DNA of 64,000 bases from Eledone cirrhosa (Eukaryota): contig OZ024740.1 in NCBI GenBank assembly GCA_964016885.1, forward strand, positions 393,018,001 through 393,082,000, written 5' to 3'. Under the pieces are notes generated by a model. It had not been told where the DNA came from. It searched no databases and was given only the letters and a program-made list of their open reading frames with translations. The position numbers were made by a program, and so were the translations under genes. Of this stretch, positions 13,999 through 26,389 are shown one piece after another. Numbering within the stretch: position 1 is the first letter of the stretch; every line of letters starts with the position of its first letter.

Positions 13999-15029
13999 TT
14001 CACATATATATATACACACACACACAACACCCATATATATGGGGTCGGAGCAACCTTTCTGAAAGGCCAGTAGCTCTGCTTGTTTGTGATGACCCAGCCA
14101 ACTCTTGCTTAGAGGGGAAAACATGTTAAATAATGCTTGTCGATTCTTAACTCTTGTAACTTATTCTATAATGGAAATGGAGCTATAGATTTTTAAAAGC
14201 TCTTTATAAACTGTGTTCCCCATTTCATGTGTGTATTTGCACATATATACCTACATCAATGATGATTTCATATGAATGAAACAGTTCTAGTCCTGTAGAA
14301 GCCTTTTCTATATAAACCTCTCTCTTTCTCTCTCTCTCTAATATATATATATATATATTAAAGCACACACATAAAGATGTGCATACCTGCTACATTTGAA
14401 TAACATTTATCTTAATAGTTGATGACTGGACACAATCTGTATTACTTTTAAATTACCGTTATTTATTTGATGGCAATTTCTACATGTGCTCTGCCACCTT
14501 CAATTTAATCTTTTATTTCCCTGACTCTTCTCATGAAATTGAAGCAATAGAGTTTTCTTTGAATTGTTTTTTTTAAACTCCAATTCTTAGAAAAATTAAC
14601 TATTGCAAACAACTGGGGGTATGTGGGAGGGGTGGGGGGGCTCTACTTTGTCACTTGGCCTGCTAGAAACAGACTAAATTCTCAAACCCGACTATCTTAA
14701 AAATAAACAAGATATAAAAAAAAGGTAACATGGCCACAACTAGATTGCCAATTCATTGTGTTTATTCAATCAAGGTTTACCTGGGGCTAAACAACAATAC
14801 CAACTATCAGTATCATTATTTTCTTGATTTTATGTTATGTTTATGGAAAAAAAAAAAAAAATTAAAATGATCATTTTTAAAATACATTTTTCAAGAAAAT
14901 CTAATTTTTTTTTATACATTCCATTCTTTGGTCAGTGACCCAGGTTCTAAGCCCAGGGCAGATAAAATGCTCTAGGCATGTGGAGGAGAAGAGAGAGATT
15001 AATTTTAGGAAATTTTGTCCCATAAATGA

Positions 15030-15330
15030 TGTGATTAGGAATGGTCATGTTTGATTGCAAAACATGTGATTCTGGGTTCAATCGCTTGTGCAGAACATTA
15101 GGCTAGTAGCTTCTACCAGAGCCTCGGGTTAACCAATGCCTTGTGTGTGAAATTTAGTAAATGGAATCTTTGGGAGTCTATTGTGTGTGTGTATGTGTGT
15201 AATTGGCAAGAAAAACCGGTGCTTTTGAACAACAGTACCTTGTGGTATCTGTTCTGCCCATGTGAGTTGCACAGATGCTCCCTTGTCACTATTGTATATC
15301 CAGTGAACCTATGATTGGCACATTTGAAAT
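15030..15330 (+). mobile_element. Decayed tRNA-derived SINE (second family)
   Basis: B-box-like gggttcaatc followed by a body ending in a (TG)n stretch. Confidence 0.5.
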
Positions 15331-15587
15331 CTGTATCAATGATGCTATTGTTTACAAAAATGCGATATAAAATAATTAAAAAAAAAAAATAAAGTCTGAA
15401 AAAAAATATTGATTCTTCATGTTGTATAATAAAATATCTCAAAACTTTTTAACTAGAAATTATACTTCTGATTACAAAGACCAACAAATTCCACTTGAAT
15501 TTTACTGATAGCACTCTAATTTGTTGGTGAATAGATAAATATTTTGATTTAGTAGTTAAGGGATTTGAGAGCTTGTTATAGCTTTAA

Positions 15588-15791
15588 CCCTTTAGCATTT
15601 AAACCAGCTGTATCCGGCTAGAATTCTCTCACCTCTTTCTGTTCAAACCGGTTGTAACCAGCCACTCATACTGATGTTATGGTATTCTTTTCAAAATCTC
15701 ATAGATTCGATATTATGTGAGATTTATTTGAGGTAAAGCCCTTACCATGAAAATATGACAGTAAATATGGAGTAATGTAAATGCTAAAGGG
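15588..15791. mobile_element. piggyBac-type MITE
   Basis: TTAA-ccctttagcattt...aaatgctaaaggg-TTAA. Confidence 0.85.
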
Positions 15792-15835
15792 TTAAGTGGT
15801 AGTGGGTTGAGATGGAGTCTGAAGAAACACTGATC

Positions 15836-16049
15836 TAGCATTTACTACTCTATATTTAGTATTATATTTTCATGGTAAAGGCTTTTCTTCATATAATTAT
15901 CTCACATAATATCGAATCTATGATATTTTGATGTTATTTATTTTGAGAACAATACCTTAACATCAGTGTGAGCAGCCGGTTACTGCCAATTTGAACAGAA
16001 AGAGGTGAGAGAATTCTGGTCGGATATGGCTGGTTTAAATGCTAAAGGG
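15836..16049. mobile_element. piggyBac-type MITE, inverted relative to 15588-15791
   Basis: Left TIR clipped; right end aaatgctaaaggg-TTAA; body is the reverse complement of its neighbour. Confidence 0.85.
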
Positions 16050-16192
16050 TTAATTGTTATCTGTACTCATTTCAGAAGCTGTTAAACTGTGATAACTAAG
16101 TGTGACTAATGTTCATCTTCACTAAGAAGTATGATTAACGTGGGTAACAGAGGCTATTCCTTCTTGTATGAATATCTAGAAGTTATATATTA

Positions 16193-16229
<37 letters not shown>

Positions 16230-16233
<4 letters not shown>

Positions 16234-17670
16234 AAGTTGACAATGAGTACAGTGATGACTTTGAAGTGCAGGTGGATGGTCACCAAGGCTTAAAACTCAA
16301 TCCACATCTTTTTTATCATTGTCCACCAGGCAGAGGAGTTTCAGACTAGCACCCCATGGGAATTCCTGTATGCTGATCTAATTGTTATAGTTGAATCCAT
16401 GGGAAAGTCAGTGACAAGATTCGAGATGTGGAAGTAAAGTATAGAATTGAAAGGTCTAAAAATAAACTTAGCAAAGACAAAAGTCTAAAGTTGGAATGAG
16501 AACAGGAAGCTCTTACCATCATGGACATGCCCTTCCTTGATGTGCCAAAAAGGGGTGGATAAAAACCTCCATAAGGTGCAAACAAGTTACCTCTGGACAC
16601 ACAAAATGAATTGGAGACTTTATATATGATAGTTGCGCAGGAGTAAGCACTAAGAATATGTGAAATAGATTCACTGTTTCCAGGGAGGTTTCCTCGAGGT
16701 TGTTGACAGCTTTTGTTATCTAGGTGATCCAATAAGCAGTGGCAGCCAGGGTAAGAATAGGCTGGAAGAAATTTAGAGCACTTTTACTGCTGCTGACAAC
16801 AAAGAACTTTTCTATCAGAGTTGAAGGGTAGACTGCATGTGAACTGCAATGCTACATGGCAAGGAGACATGGGCCTTGCCTGCATAAGACCTATAAAGGC
16901 TAGAAAGAAACAAAGTACTTTCCGATGGTTGTGTACATGAATAATGTAGCATAAGTAAGCTAGAGAAAAACTTGGCATAAGAAGAATTGGATGTAGTGTG
17001 ATGTGTATGGAAGATGACAGCTATATAAAGTGTAAAGAAATCTCAGTGGATGAGACTCATTGAAGAAGGCAAACTCAGAAATAGATGGGATGAAGTAGTA
17101 AGAAGCAGCCTTTAAAAAAAACAACCCCACAACAGAGATGACAAACGACTGCAAGGAGTGGCAACATGCTGTACTGGTGAAGACCTGCCTACCAGCATAA
17201 AATGTGACCTAACCCGTTCTCCACTCACTATCACTCCTTAGTTGCTATCCTCACCATCCCTGTATGCCCCCTCCTCTATTTCATCCAGAATCATTTACTC
17301 CACTTAAATTCCAACATCCGCACTACCCAGGATCACTCCACCCCCTAAAATCCTATTGCACCTCCTACTGGAGGTCACCACATCCTAACACCCACTCTCT
17401 ACTCAGGATCACCACACTATCTAGGATCATCCCTGCCTCCTAAAATCCTATTATACCAGTCTTAACCTCCCACATTCAGTAATTCCTATAATAGTACCTC
17501 CAACGCTATTGGAGGTCACCCTCCCCCTTACTCTCCACCCTGTTAAATCCCACCTCTCCACTACACTTGTCATACATCCTTGACATCATACTTATCACCT
17601 GTAGAATAGGGAGGACTCTTCAGTTTAGTCAATGACTGATACTGCCCTGGTGTTGGTATCTCGAGAAATG
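16230..17670 (+). mobile_element. 5'-truncated, heavily decayed RTE LINE with C-rich 3' region
   Basis: Nucleotide/peptide similarity to 20100-21170 (FEVQVDGHQG, PWEFLYAD, Cys-finger remnant); internal direct repeats at 17320-17460. Confidence 0.75.
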
Positions 17671-18019
17671 CAAAATGTTAGCTACAAATTTATGAAGAGT
17701 GTACTGCTTGTGTTTATCATGTAAATCATCAACACTTGAGAGGTTGTTATACCCGTGACACAACTTGATAGTAATGAGGATAAACATACATATATATATT
17801 TTCCTGGGTCCTGTATTTTCGTTGCTCTAGTGATGTGGCTGGACTGCCGACCGCTATATCTGATTTGCTAAGTTGTCTGAACGTATTATTACTCTGGGGT
17901 TCTTTTCCCCATCCGAGTGCTAAAGCTACAGACCGATTCTGCATTCGTTAGCTTGGCCGTGTTCTAAAGCTTCGTTAATGCTGTACTAAAATTTGTATAT
18001 ATATATATATTTTTTTTTT

Positions 18020-21000
18020 TTTAATGACCATACTGTAAAATGGAGGGGTAGAGAGGGCCCTTGAGTCTAGTAAGACATCCTCTCTAGTGCTGGTGGCACA
18101 AATAAAAGCACCCAGTCCATGCTGTAAAGTGGCGCTGGTGTTAGGAAGGGCATCCAACCAGTGTATCAATGCCAAAACGCTTATCAGCACAGCAACAAAT
18201 AGGAACAACAAAATATGAAGACGTCGCATCTCAGAGTTGCAACACTTAATGTTGGCACTCTCAGAGGTAGATCTGCTGAAATAGCGGAGATGCTGGAGAG
18301 AAGGCAGGTGGATGTGTGCTGTGTGCAAGAGGTGAGATGGAGAGGTGCCTCTGCGAGACTAGTCGTAGGCAAACGTCTTAGCTATAAGCTATTCTGGGTA
18401 GGTAAGGATGATGGGTTAGGGGGAGTAGGCATTTTTCTGGCTGAGAAATGGATCAATAAGACAATAGAGGTAGTTCAAGTTAGTAATGGAATAATTAAGC
18501 TTAGATTAGTTGTAGGTAGGAGACGACTGACAATCATCTCGGCCTATGCTCCCCAAGCAGGCCTAGGCAAAGATGAGAAAGACTGCTTTTATGAGCAACT
18601 TTTGCAAACAACCGCAATGACAGAGGACGGAGACTTCAATGGTCATGTTAGACAGCTCCAGGATGGTTACACTGGGGTACATGGTGGTTACGGTTCAAGA
18701 AATGAAGGAGTGAGACTTCTTGAATTTTGTGATGCAGGTACATTGACTATTTGCAACACAAACTTCCAGAAACCTGCCAATCACCTAATAACCTACAAAT
18801 CTGGTGAGCACATAAGCCAGATTGAATTCTTACTAGTTAGGCAGATAGTGTCTAATAACAAGGCATACCCTGGGGAAGAATGTACCCCACAGCATAGGTT
18901 AGTTGTTAGTGATATCTCAGTAAGCAAGAGATGGAATGAGACATATAGGAAGGTGTGGAGAAGAAAGGTCTGGAAGCTAAAAGACCTTTCACTAAAATAC
19001 AAATTTAGGAAAGCCCTTCAAGATGTATATGACGAAAAAGAAGACGATTTAGAGACGTATGACATAGATAATAACTGGAATTTCTTACGTGACAACTTGC
19101 TGCAGGCTACTGACGAAACTTGTGGCTGGAGCAGAGCTCCAACCAGACAGAGAGTGACCTGGTGGTGGAACAGCACTGTAGATAAGGCTATTAGAGACAA
19201 AAGACTAGCATGGAATGCTTGGAAAAAGGGTGGGAGTAGGGAAGAATATACAGCCACTAAGAGAGAAGCTAGACGTCAGGTGTACTTAGGAGGCAGAGAG
19301 TAGGAGGTTTGCCAATGTTCTGCGACGGGAAGATCAGAGGCGTGCGGTGTTCCCCATTGCAAGGCAGTGTGTCAATCAGGATGTTGTTGGAGATAAATGT
19401 GCCCGGGATGATGCCGGTGTACTTAGTGTCACGAATGATCAGAAAAAGGAGGCCTGGAAATGTCATTATGAGAGACTGATGAATGTGGAAAACAAATGGG
19501 AGAGAGAGAAATTACCCTTGGTAGATCCAACAGAGGGACCAGCTATTGAGATTGATGAATATAGGGTCCAAGAGGCGATTAGGGAAATTAAAAATGGTAA
19601 GGCTGCCGGACCATCGGGAATAGTTGCTGAGATGCTGAAGGCATCAGGGGACGTAGGCACTAAACTGGTTGCACGCATCATCAATCAGGCTATATATGGT
19701 GGTGTCATACCCAAAGACTGGTGCAGCAGTATTCTCATAAATTGCTACAAAGGTAAAGGGGATGCTCTGGAGAGGAGCAATTATAGGGGTATAAAACTGA
19801 TAGATCAGGTTATGAAAGTGGCAGAAAGGATTTTAGCACAACTAATTAGAGAAAGGGTCAAACTAGATGAGATGCAGTTTGGTTTTGTGCCTGGGAAGAG
19901 TACAACAGATGCTCTCTTCTTGGTGAGACAAATGCAAGAGAGGTTCTTAGAGAAGAATAAGCCACTATACTTAGCCTTTGTTGACCTAGAGAAGGCCTTT
20001 GATAGGGTACCCCGATCTGTCATCTGGTGGTCCCTAAGGAAGCTAGGTGTTGAGGAATGGCTTGTGAGGACAGTGCAAACTTTGTACAGAGGTACTCTCA
20101 GTAAAGTCAGGGTAGGAATGGAGTTTAGTGAGGAATTCCAGATACAAGTAGGAGTACATCAGGTTCGGTCCTCAGCCCGCTCCTGTTCATTATAGTCCTC
20201 CAAGCCATAACGGAGGAGTTTAAGACTGGCTGTCCATGGGAACTTCTCTATGCTGACGATCTGGTTCTTATAGCAGAATCAGTAGAGGAGCTAGAGAATA
20301 AATTCTGGCTATGGAAACAGCAGTTGGAAGCAAGAGGACTGAGAGTGAATCTAGCTAAGACAAAAGTGTTGATGAGTAGAAAAGAGGACAAAACCCTGAT
20401 TCCGTCAGGGAAATGGCCATGTTCGATATGCAGAAAAGGAACTGGCATAAATTCTATAAAATGCACACAATGCAGATCCTGGGTACACAAGAGATGTAGC
20501 GGGATAGCAGGCAAACTAACAGGTAGGGAGAAATATGTATGCAGTAGATGTACAGGGAAATTAGACAGTAGAAGTCGCATTGATAGACACATTTTTCAGA
20601 TGCAGGAGGGCGCTATAGAAGTGGTGGATAGCTTCCGGTACCTAGGAGATCAGATTAGCATGGGAGGATGGTGTTCCGAAGCCATAGTATCTAGAATAAG
20701 GACGGGTTGGAAGAAGTTTAGGGAGCTGCTTCCTCTGTTGACGAAGAACGGTTTCTCCCTGCGTACGAAAGGCCAGTTGTATGATGCCTGTGTGAGGAGC
20801 GCGATGCTGCATGGTAGTGAGACATGGGCAGCAACTGCAGAGGATATGCGATGGCTGGAGAGAAATGAGGCAAGCATGCTCCGTTGGATGTGCAGTGTAA
20901 ATGTGCATGAACGACCCAGCATAAATGTTTTGAGAGGGATAGAATGTAGTGTGCGGGAGAGGAGACTGAGGTGGTATGGACATGTGATGCGCATGGAGGA

Positions 21001-21216
21001 TGACCGATGGGTGAAGAAGTGCCAGGAAATGCCAGTTGAAGGAAGACGTGGTAGAGGTAGACCACGAAAAACATGGGCGGAGGTGGTGAGAACAGACCTC
21101 AGATCATTGAAGCTCACGGTGGAGATGATGAAGGACCGTGGCGAGTGGAGATGCTGTGCTGAATAAGACCCGTCCCACTCTTGCTAGCAGGGAAAAGCGG
21201 ACGTAAAATGATGAAG
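18020..21216 (+). mobile_element. Near full-length RTE-clade LINE (APE endonuclease + RT), single ORF broken by 2 frameshifts
   Basis: 18215-21166: ATLNVGTL..VQEVRW, GDFN, QFGFVPGKST, DLEKAFD, YADD (20249), GRPRKTW; frameshifts at ~19288 and ~20163; RTE 3' tail; (AT)n on both sides. Confidence 0.95.
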
Positions 21217-21825
21217 ATATATATATATATATCAACATATAGAGAGAAGTACACATAGAGATATGTGTTCAATCATAGGGGATCAAGAACCACCAGAGTG
21301 ACGAACATATTACCTACAGAAGGAATGGTGAATATAAATCAATAAAAAGAGTATATTAAAAAGTACTAACCATCCAATTATAACAATACACCTGGACATA
21401 CTCAAATAAGAGTATGTTTTGTTATAAAAAGTGAAGAATCCATATTGTAGATGTAGCTTGTCGGTGGGTGCCTAGCAATACGATCAACACTTCTATATAA
21501 ATATATCAGATAACTAAGAAAACACACATGGTATAGAGGAAAGACATGTGCGTTTAATAGCCCATGGTGGTGTGAATAGACTAAAAGACTGCTAAAAATA
21601 GCGGCTCAGAACCATACAACTTTACATGATCTACTTACACATAGAAATGAATCATGAATTTCAAATTAATTAACGTTAAAAACTGACATTAATCCTCCAT
21701 AATTTAGGGAGCTCAAAGAATATATATTCCGAGCTCTTTATAAGTCAACATAGAGATATGTGTTCAATCATAAATTATGGAGGATTAATGTGAGTTTTTA
21801 ACTCCGTTAATTAATTTGAAATATA

Positions 21826-22098
21826 CCCTCCCACTGCAGAGTGGTCATGGAGGTGCCACGGCAAAAAAACACCCAGCCCACACTGTAAAGTGGACGTGTA
21901 GGCGCCACGGAAAAAAAGCACCCAGCCCACACTGTAAATGAGGTTGGTGTTAGGAAGGGCATCCAGCTGTAGAAATCAAGCTAGAATCAGTTCCTGTATG
22001 AGCAAGACAAGGTTAGCCGACCGGACACTGCCCACAACAGGATAACCCGTCTATCCCATGCTAGCGTGGAAGAACGGACGTAAAACGGTGGTGATGAT
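21826..22098 (+). mobile_element. RTE-derived bipartite SINE-like repeat with ~49-nt tandem head units
   Basis: Same family as 570-752. Confidence 0.8.
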
Positions 22099-22673
22099 TT
22101 CAAGTGAAAAACCAAAGATGATACTACAAATCATTTTATTAACATCTACGCACGTTTCAATTTCAATGCAACCAGGTAACACTAAATTGTTGTCAGGCCA
22201 TCGATATAAGATCTGGAGAATGCAAGTCCCAAAGAAAAACAATAAGCCATGGTCAATAAGTATAGATATTAAAAACTTGTTTTTCCCAAAGATGCATATG
22301 CAAAGCAGTTGATCAGCAGGGCAAAATAAAGCGTAAGTTTTTTTAAGCATCATATGATTAGATTAATAATATGGAGGCCCAACATAAGGCAAACTATATA
22401 TGTATAGTTTATACTATCACAGTAGTCTTATATTCTAGAGTCTCCCGGTTGGTTCATCACATAGAAGAAATAAAACTGGAGATGAAGAACTGATTACAGT
22501 TCGGGAATCTCCGAAGTAACGGGCTACTGAATTAGCCTAAATTAAAATACACTACAATATTCTACAAGAGTATTTTTTTAATCAAAACAACTTTTCATAG
22601 AATAATTTTGTAAAAATATTGTTTTGTAAATAACTTTAATTGTAGAATTTTAGATATGGAATCATTCTTAATA

Positions 22674-22750
22674 CAGGGTGTCCTCCAAAAATGTATACAT
22701 ATTTTATTAGAATGCTATTGAAGTGTGTATATATTTTTTGGGACATCCTG
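22674..22750. mobile_element. 77-bp Tc1/mariner-type hairpin MITE
   Basis: TA-cagggtgtcc..aaaaatgtatacat...gtgtatatattttttgggacatcctg-TA. Confidence 0.8.
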
Positions 22751-23097
22751 TATACAAAAAGAATAGAATTTCCATCTGAAAAATTAATTTAAAAAACAAG
22801 AGAACTTAAATTTTTTTGTATGCATGCATTCTTTTTCCTTGTACACTATTGGATATTTTGTTGATTGTACTTATATTTTTTGTTTCTGCTATACATTTAT
22901 TTTAGTATACTCTACTTCCTTTTAACATACATACTTTTCTTTATTTAGCAAGTTTGATTCCTGTGTATTGCTTTTATTTTGTGAAATTTGCTTGCAATAT
23001 TTAATAATGACTAATTGTAACATATAACATTTATGCATCAACCGAACTCGCCTGAAAGTTAACTTTATAGAGATTCAATTACATGTAAAATACCACA

Positions 23098-23284
23098 AAT
23101 AATTGTTTCTACTTTTTGGCACGAGGCCAGCAATTACCCAGTACATTACTGGTACTTTATTTTATCGACCCCCGTAAGGATGAAAGGCAAAGTTAACCTC
23201 GGCGGGATTTGAGATCATAAAGGGACATAACTATGCTAGAAAGCATAGCGTCTGACCCTCTACCGATACTGCCAATTCACCGCC
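23098..23284 (-). mobile_element. tRNA-derived SINE (major family)
   Basis: Minus strand GGCGGTGAATTGGCAGTATCGG (A box), conserved body CTTTGCCTTTCATCCTTACGGGGTCGATAAAAT, tail AGAAACAATTATT. Confidence 0.85.
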
Positions 23285-23574
23285 CTAACCACAAATAATA
23301 ACACATTTGAACTATTTCTATGATGTAGTAAGTTTATAACCAATGCTGATCCCAAATTGGTTCTATGAAAATTAGTTTTGATTAAACACCAATGCAGGAA
23401 ACAAATGACTAGAGAACATCGTATGTAGATGTAATGGTGTTAATGATTGAATAATTAATTATCTGCAATCTGCAGCATATAACTTATGAAACTGTTGTAG
23501 GTAGGAATTATTAAAGTTCCCTTACCTTTTTATATAATTAAACTTTTGGATGGGAATTCTATTTTTATTTTATA

Positions 23575-25432
23575 CTAGCAGTGGTACTCGGCGTTGCACG
23601 GGATAAGGTATTTTGGAACGCGGGCCGCCAATAGACCTAATTATGGAGTAACTGCATGCCTGGATAATATGTAAAGAAAATAAACCAAATACTTTGATGG
23701 CTGGATAATCTTTAAGATTTTCCTCGATGAAGCAGGAAAAATGCAGGTTTTCACCTAATGTGGGCCCTAGGGGATCAAGGAACTGATTTTTTTTTATGTG
23801 CATAATATGCCTTGAAATTTCGGGAAAAATCGGCTAGACGTAACGCCTCCACAAAGCCCTAACAAGCTGAAAAAATGAAGTTTTTCACCTAATGAGGGCC
23901 CTAGGCCATAAGAAAGTTGGATTTTCTTTGCTTACGGTATGAAGAAGAGACTGACTAATACATAGTTACAATTCAAGGAAATCCTCTGACGTAACGCCTC
24001 AAAAAACCCCTAAAAATGTTAAAAAACGCAGTTTTTCACCAAGGAGATAAAAAAGTTGAATTTTTTATATGCATAACACTCCCTGAAACATAAGTAATAC
24101 ACATGTAAAGTTTGAAAAACATCGGTTGGGTACTTCTCGAATTTTAGGGATTCAAACTCACACACACACATCCTCAGGGAAGTGACATAATGCAGACAGA
24201 CATACAGACAGATATTATAAGGGCGCGACGTTATAAGTATGTATCTATCTAAAAAGAGAAAGACTAAGAATTCTAATACTAATTAGAATTCTAAGACTAA
24301 ATCTCCTAATACTAAATCGCCTAGGGCATTGAAAATTTGAAATCTTTTTTGCTCAGAACACTCCCTGAAACATAAGTATTACATATGTGAAGTTTGAAAA
24401 CAGTCGGTTGGGTGGTTCTCGAATTTTAGGGATTCTAACTCTAACACACACACAGATAGACATCCTCAGTTTTATATATATAGACTAGCAGTGGTACCCG
24501 GCGTTGCACGGGATAAGATATTTTGGAACGCCGGGCCGCCAACAGACCTAATCGTAGAAAAACTGCATGACTGGACAATATGTAAAGAAAATAAACCGAA
24601 TACACTGACGGCTGGATAATCTTTAAGATTTTCCTCAATGAAGCAGGAAAAATGCAGGTTTTCACCTAATGTGGGCCCTAGGGGATCAAGAAAATGAATT
24701 CTTTTTATGTGCATAATATGCCTTGAAATTTCGGGAAAATCGGCTAGACGTAACTCCTCAAAAAAGCCCTAAAAAGCTGAAAAAACGAAGTTTTTCACCT
24801 AATGCGGGCCCTAGGCCTTAAAAAAGTTGGATTTTCTTTGCTCACGGTATGAAGAAGAGACTGACTAATACATAATTACAATTTCAAGGAAATCGGTCTG
24901 ACGTGACGCCTCAAAAAAACCCTAAAAACCTGAAAAAACGCAGTTTTTCACCTAATGCGCGCCCTAGGAGATAAAAAAAGTTGGATTTTTTATGTGCATA
25001 ACACTCCCTGAAACATCAGTAATACACATGTAAAGTTTGAAAAAAATCAGTTGGGTACTTCTCGAATTTTAGGGATTCAAACTCACAGACACACACACAG
25101 ACATCCTCAGTTTTATATATATAGACTAGCAGAAAACCACACGATGGGCGGCTTTCTGCTAGTATATATATATATTACACACACAGAAATGTATATATAT
25201 TTCTGTGTGTGTATATATATATATATATTACACACACACAGAAATGTATATATGTTTCTGTAGCACTCCTCAATTCCCCCCTCTCTCCCTCCCGCTATCC
25301 CCCTCTCGTAGTCTGTCTCTTTCTTTCACTCTCACTCTCTCTTACGCGTGCGCAAAAAACATTCGCACGCGCGCACGTGTTTCCACTGTCGGACAGACAG
25401 ACAGAAATTGCTGGTTATATATTATAAGGAGA
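23575..25432 (-). mobile_element. Composite non-autonomous Helitron (three modules head-to-tail)
   Basis: Minus strand A|TC 5' end at 25432; subterminal GC-rich hairpin and CTAG|T 3' end at 23575; internal CTAG|TC junctions at 25126/25125 and 24485/24484. Confidence 0.85.
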
Positions 25433-25481
25433 TTAAACATGATTCTATATTTAAAATTGTATAGTCAGAATTATTTTACAA

Positions 25482-25667
25482 AATAATTGTTTCTACTTTT
25501 GGCACAAGGCCAGCAATTACTCCAGTGTATTACTGGTATTTTATTTTATTGACCCCGTAAGGATGAAAGTCAAAGTTAACCTCGGCAGGATTTGAACTCA
25601 GAACGCAAAGGGCCGTAACTATGTGCTGCAACGCATGACGTCTGACGCTCTACTGATACTGCCAGTT
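25482..25667 (-). mobile_element. tRNA-derived SINE (major family)
   Basis: A box, B box GAGTTCAAATCC, same body as 23098. Confidence 0.85.
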
Positions 25668-26389
25668 GCTTTGATAAAAAGTCTTTCAATGAAAAGACGT
25701 TTGATTAAAAAATCATTTTGATAAAACATCATTTGATGAAAAGTAATATATCTTGTAGTACATATATGTATATATGTGTGTATGCATATGTCTGAAAATA
25801 TGGTGCTTATATGTGTTGCGTACAATCACAATTTTCTGACTAACCCTATTATTTTGAATTTTACTCAATCAACAGTATTTAAATGATTTCTTCTTTTTTG
25901 ATCTACACTAATTTTATATTTTAAAATCTATCTATTTATTTAAATTCAATCATTCTCATTCCAAGAAAATATTAATTTTTTCCTTTTGGAATAATGCCAA
26001 ATTTTATTGAGAAATATAACATCCTTATATATTATTAGAAATACTTATTTTTATTGAGCCTGGGGAGAGGAATAGCAATGTTACACCCAGTGGAATTTGA
26101 ACTGGAAACATAGACTAGTGAGGGAGAAGGAGGCTAATTACTGAACTGAAAGGCGTTTAGTTCAACATTTTTATAATTCCAATGCCATTGCCTCTTAATA
26201 TTTTAATAAAACAAGTTTTCATGCAATTTTTTTCTACTGTTGCTAGTAAATGTTATATTTATAAAGATATATTATTATTAATGGCAGAATCATTAACATA
26301 TCAGATGAAATGACTTGAAGTGTTTTGTTACAGCCTTCTATGTCCAACTGAGTTCAAATTCCACCAAGGTCAATTAGCCTTTTATCAAG

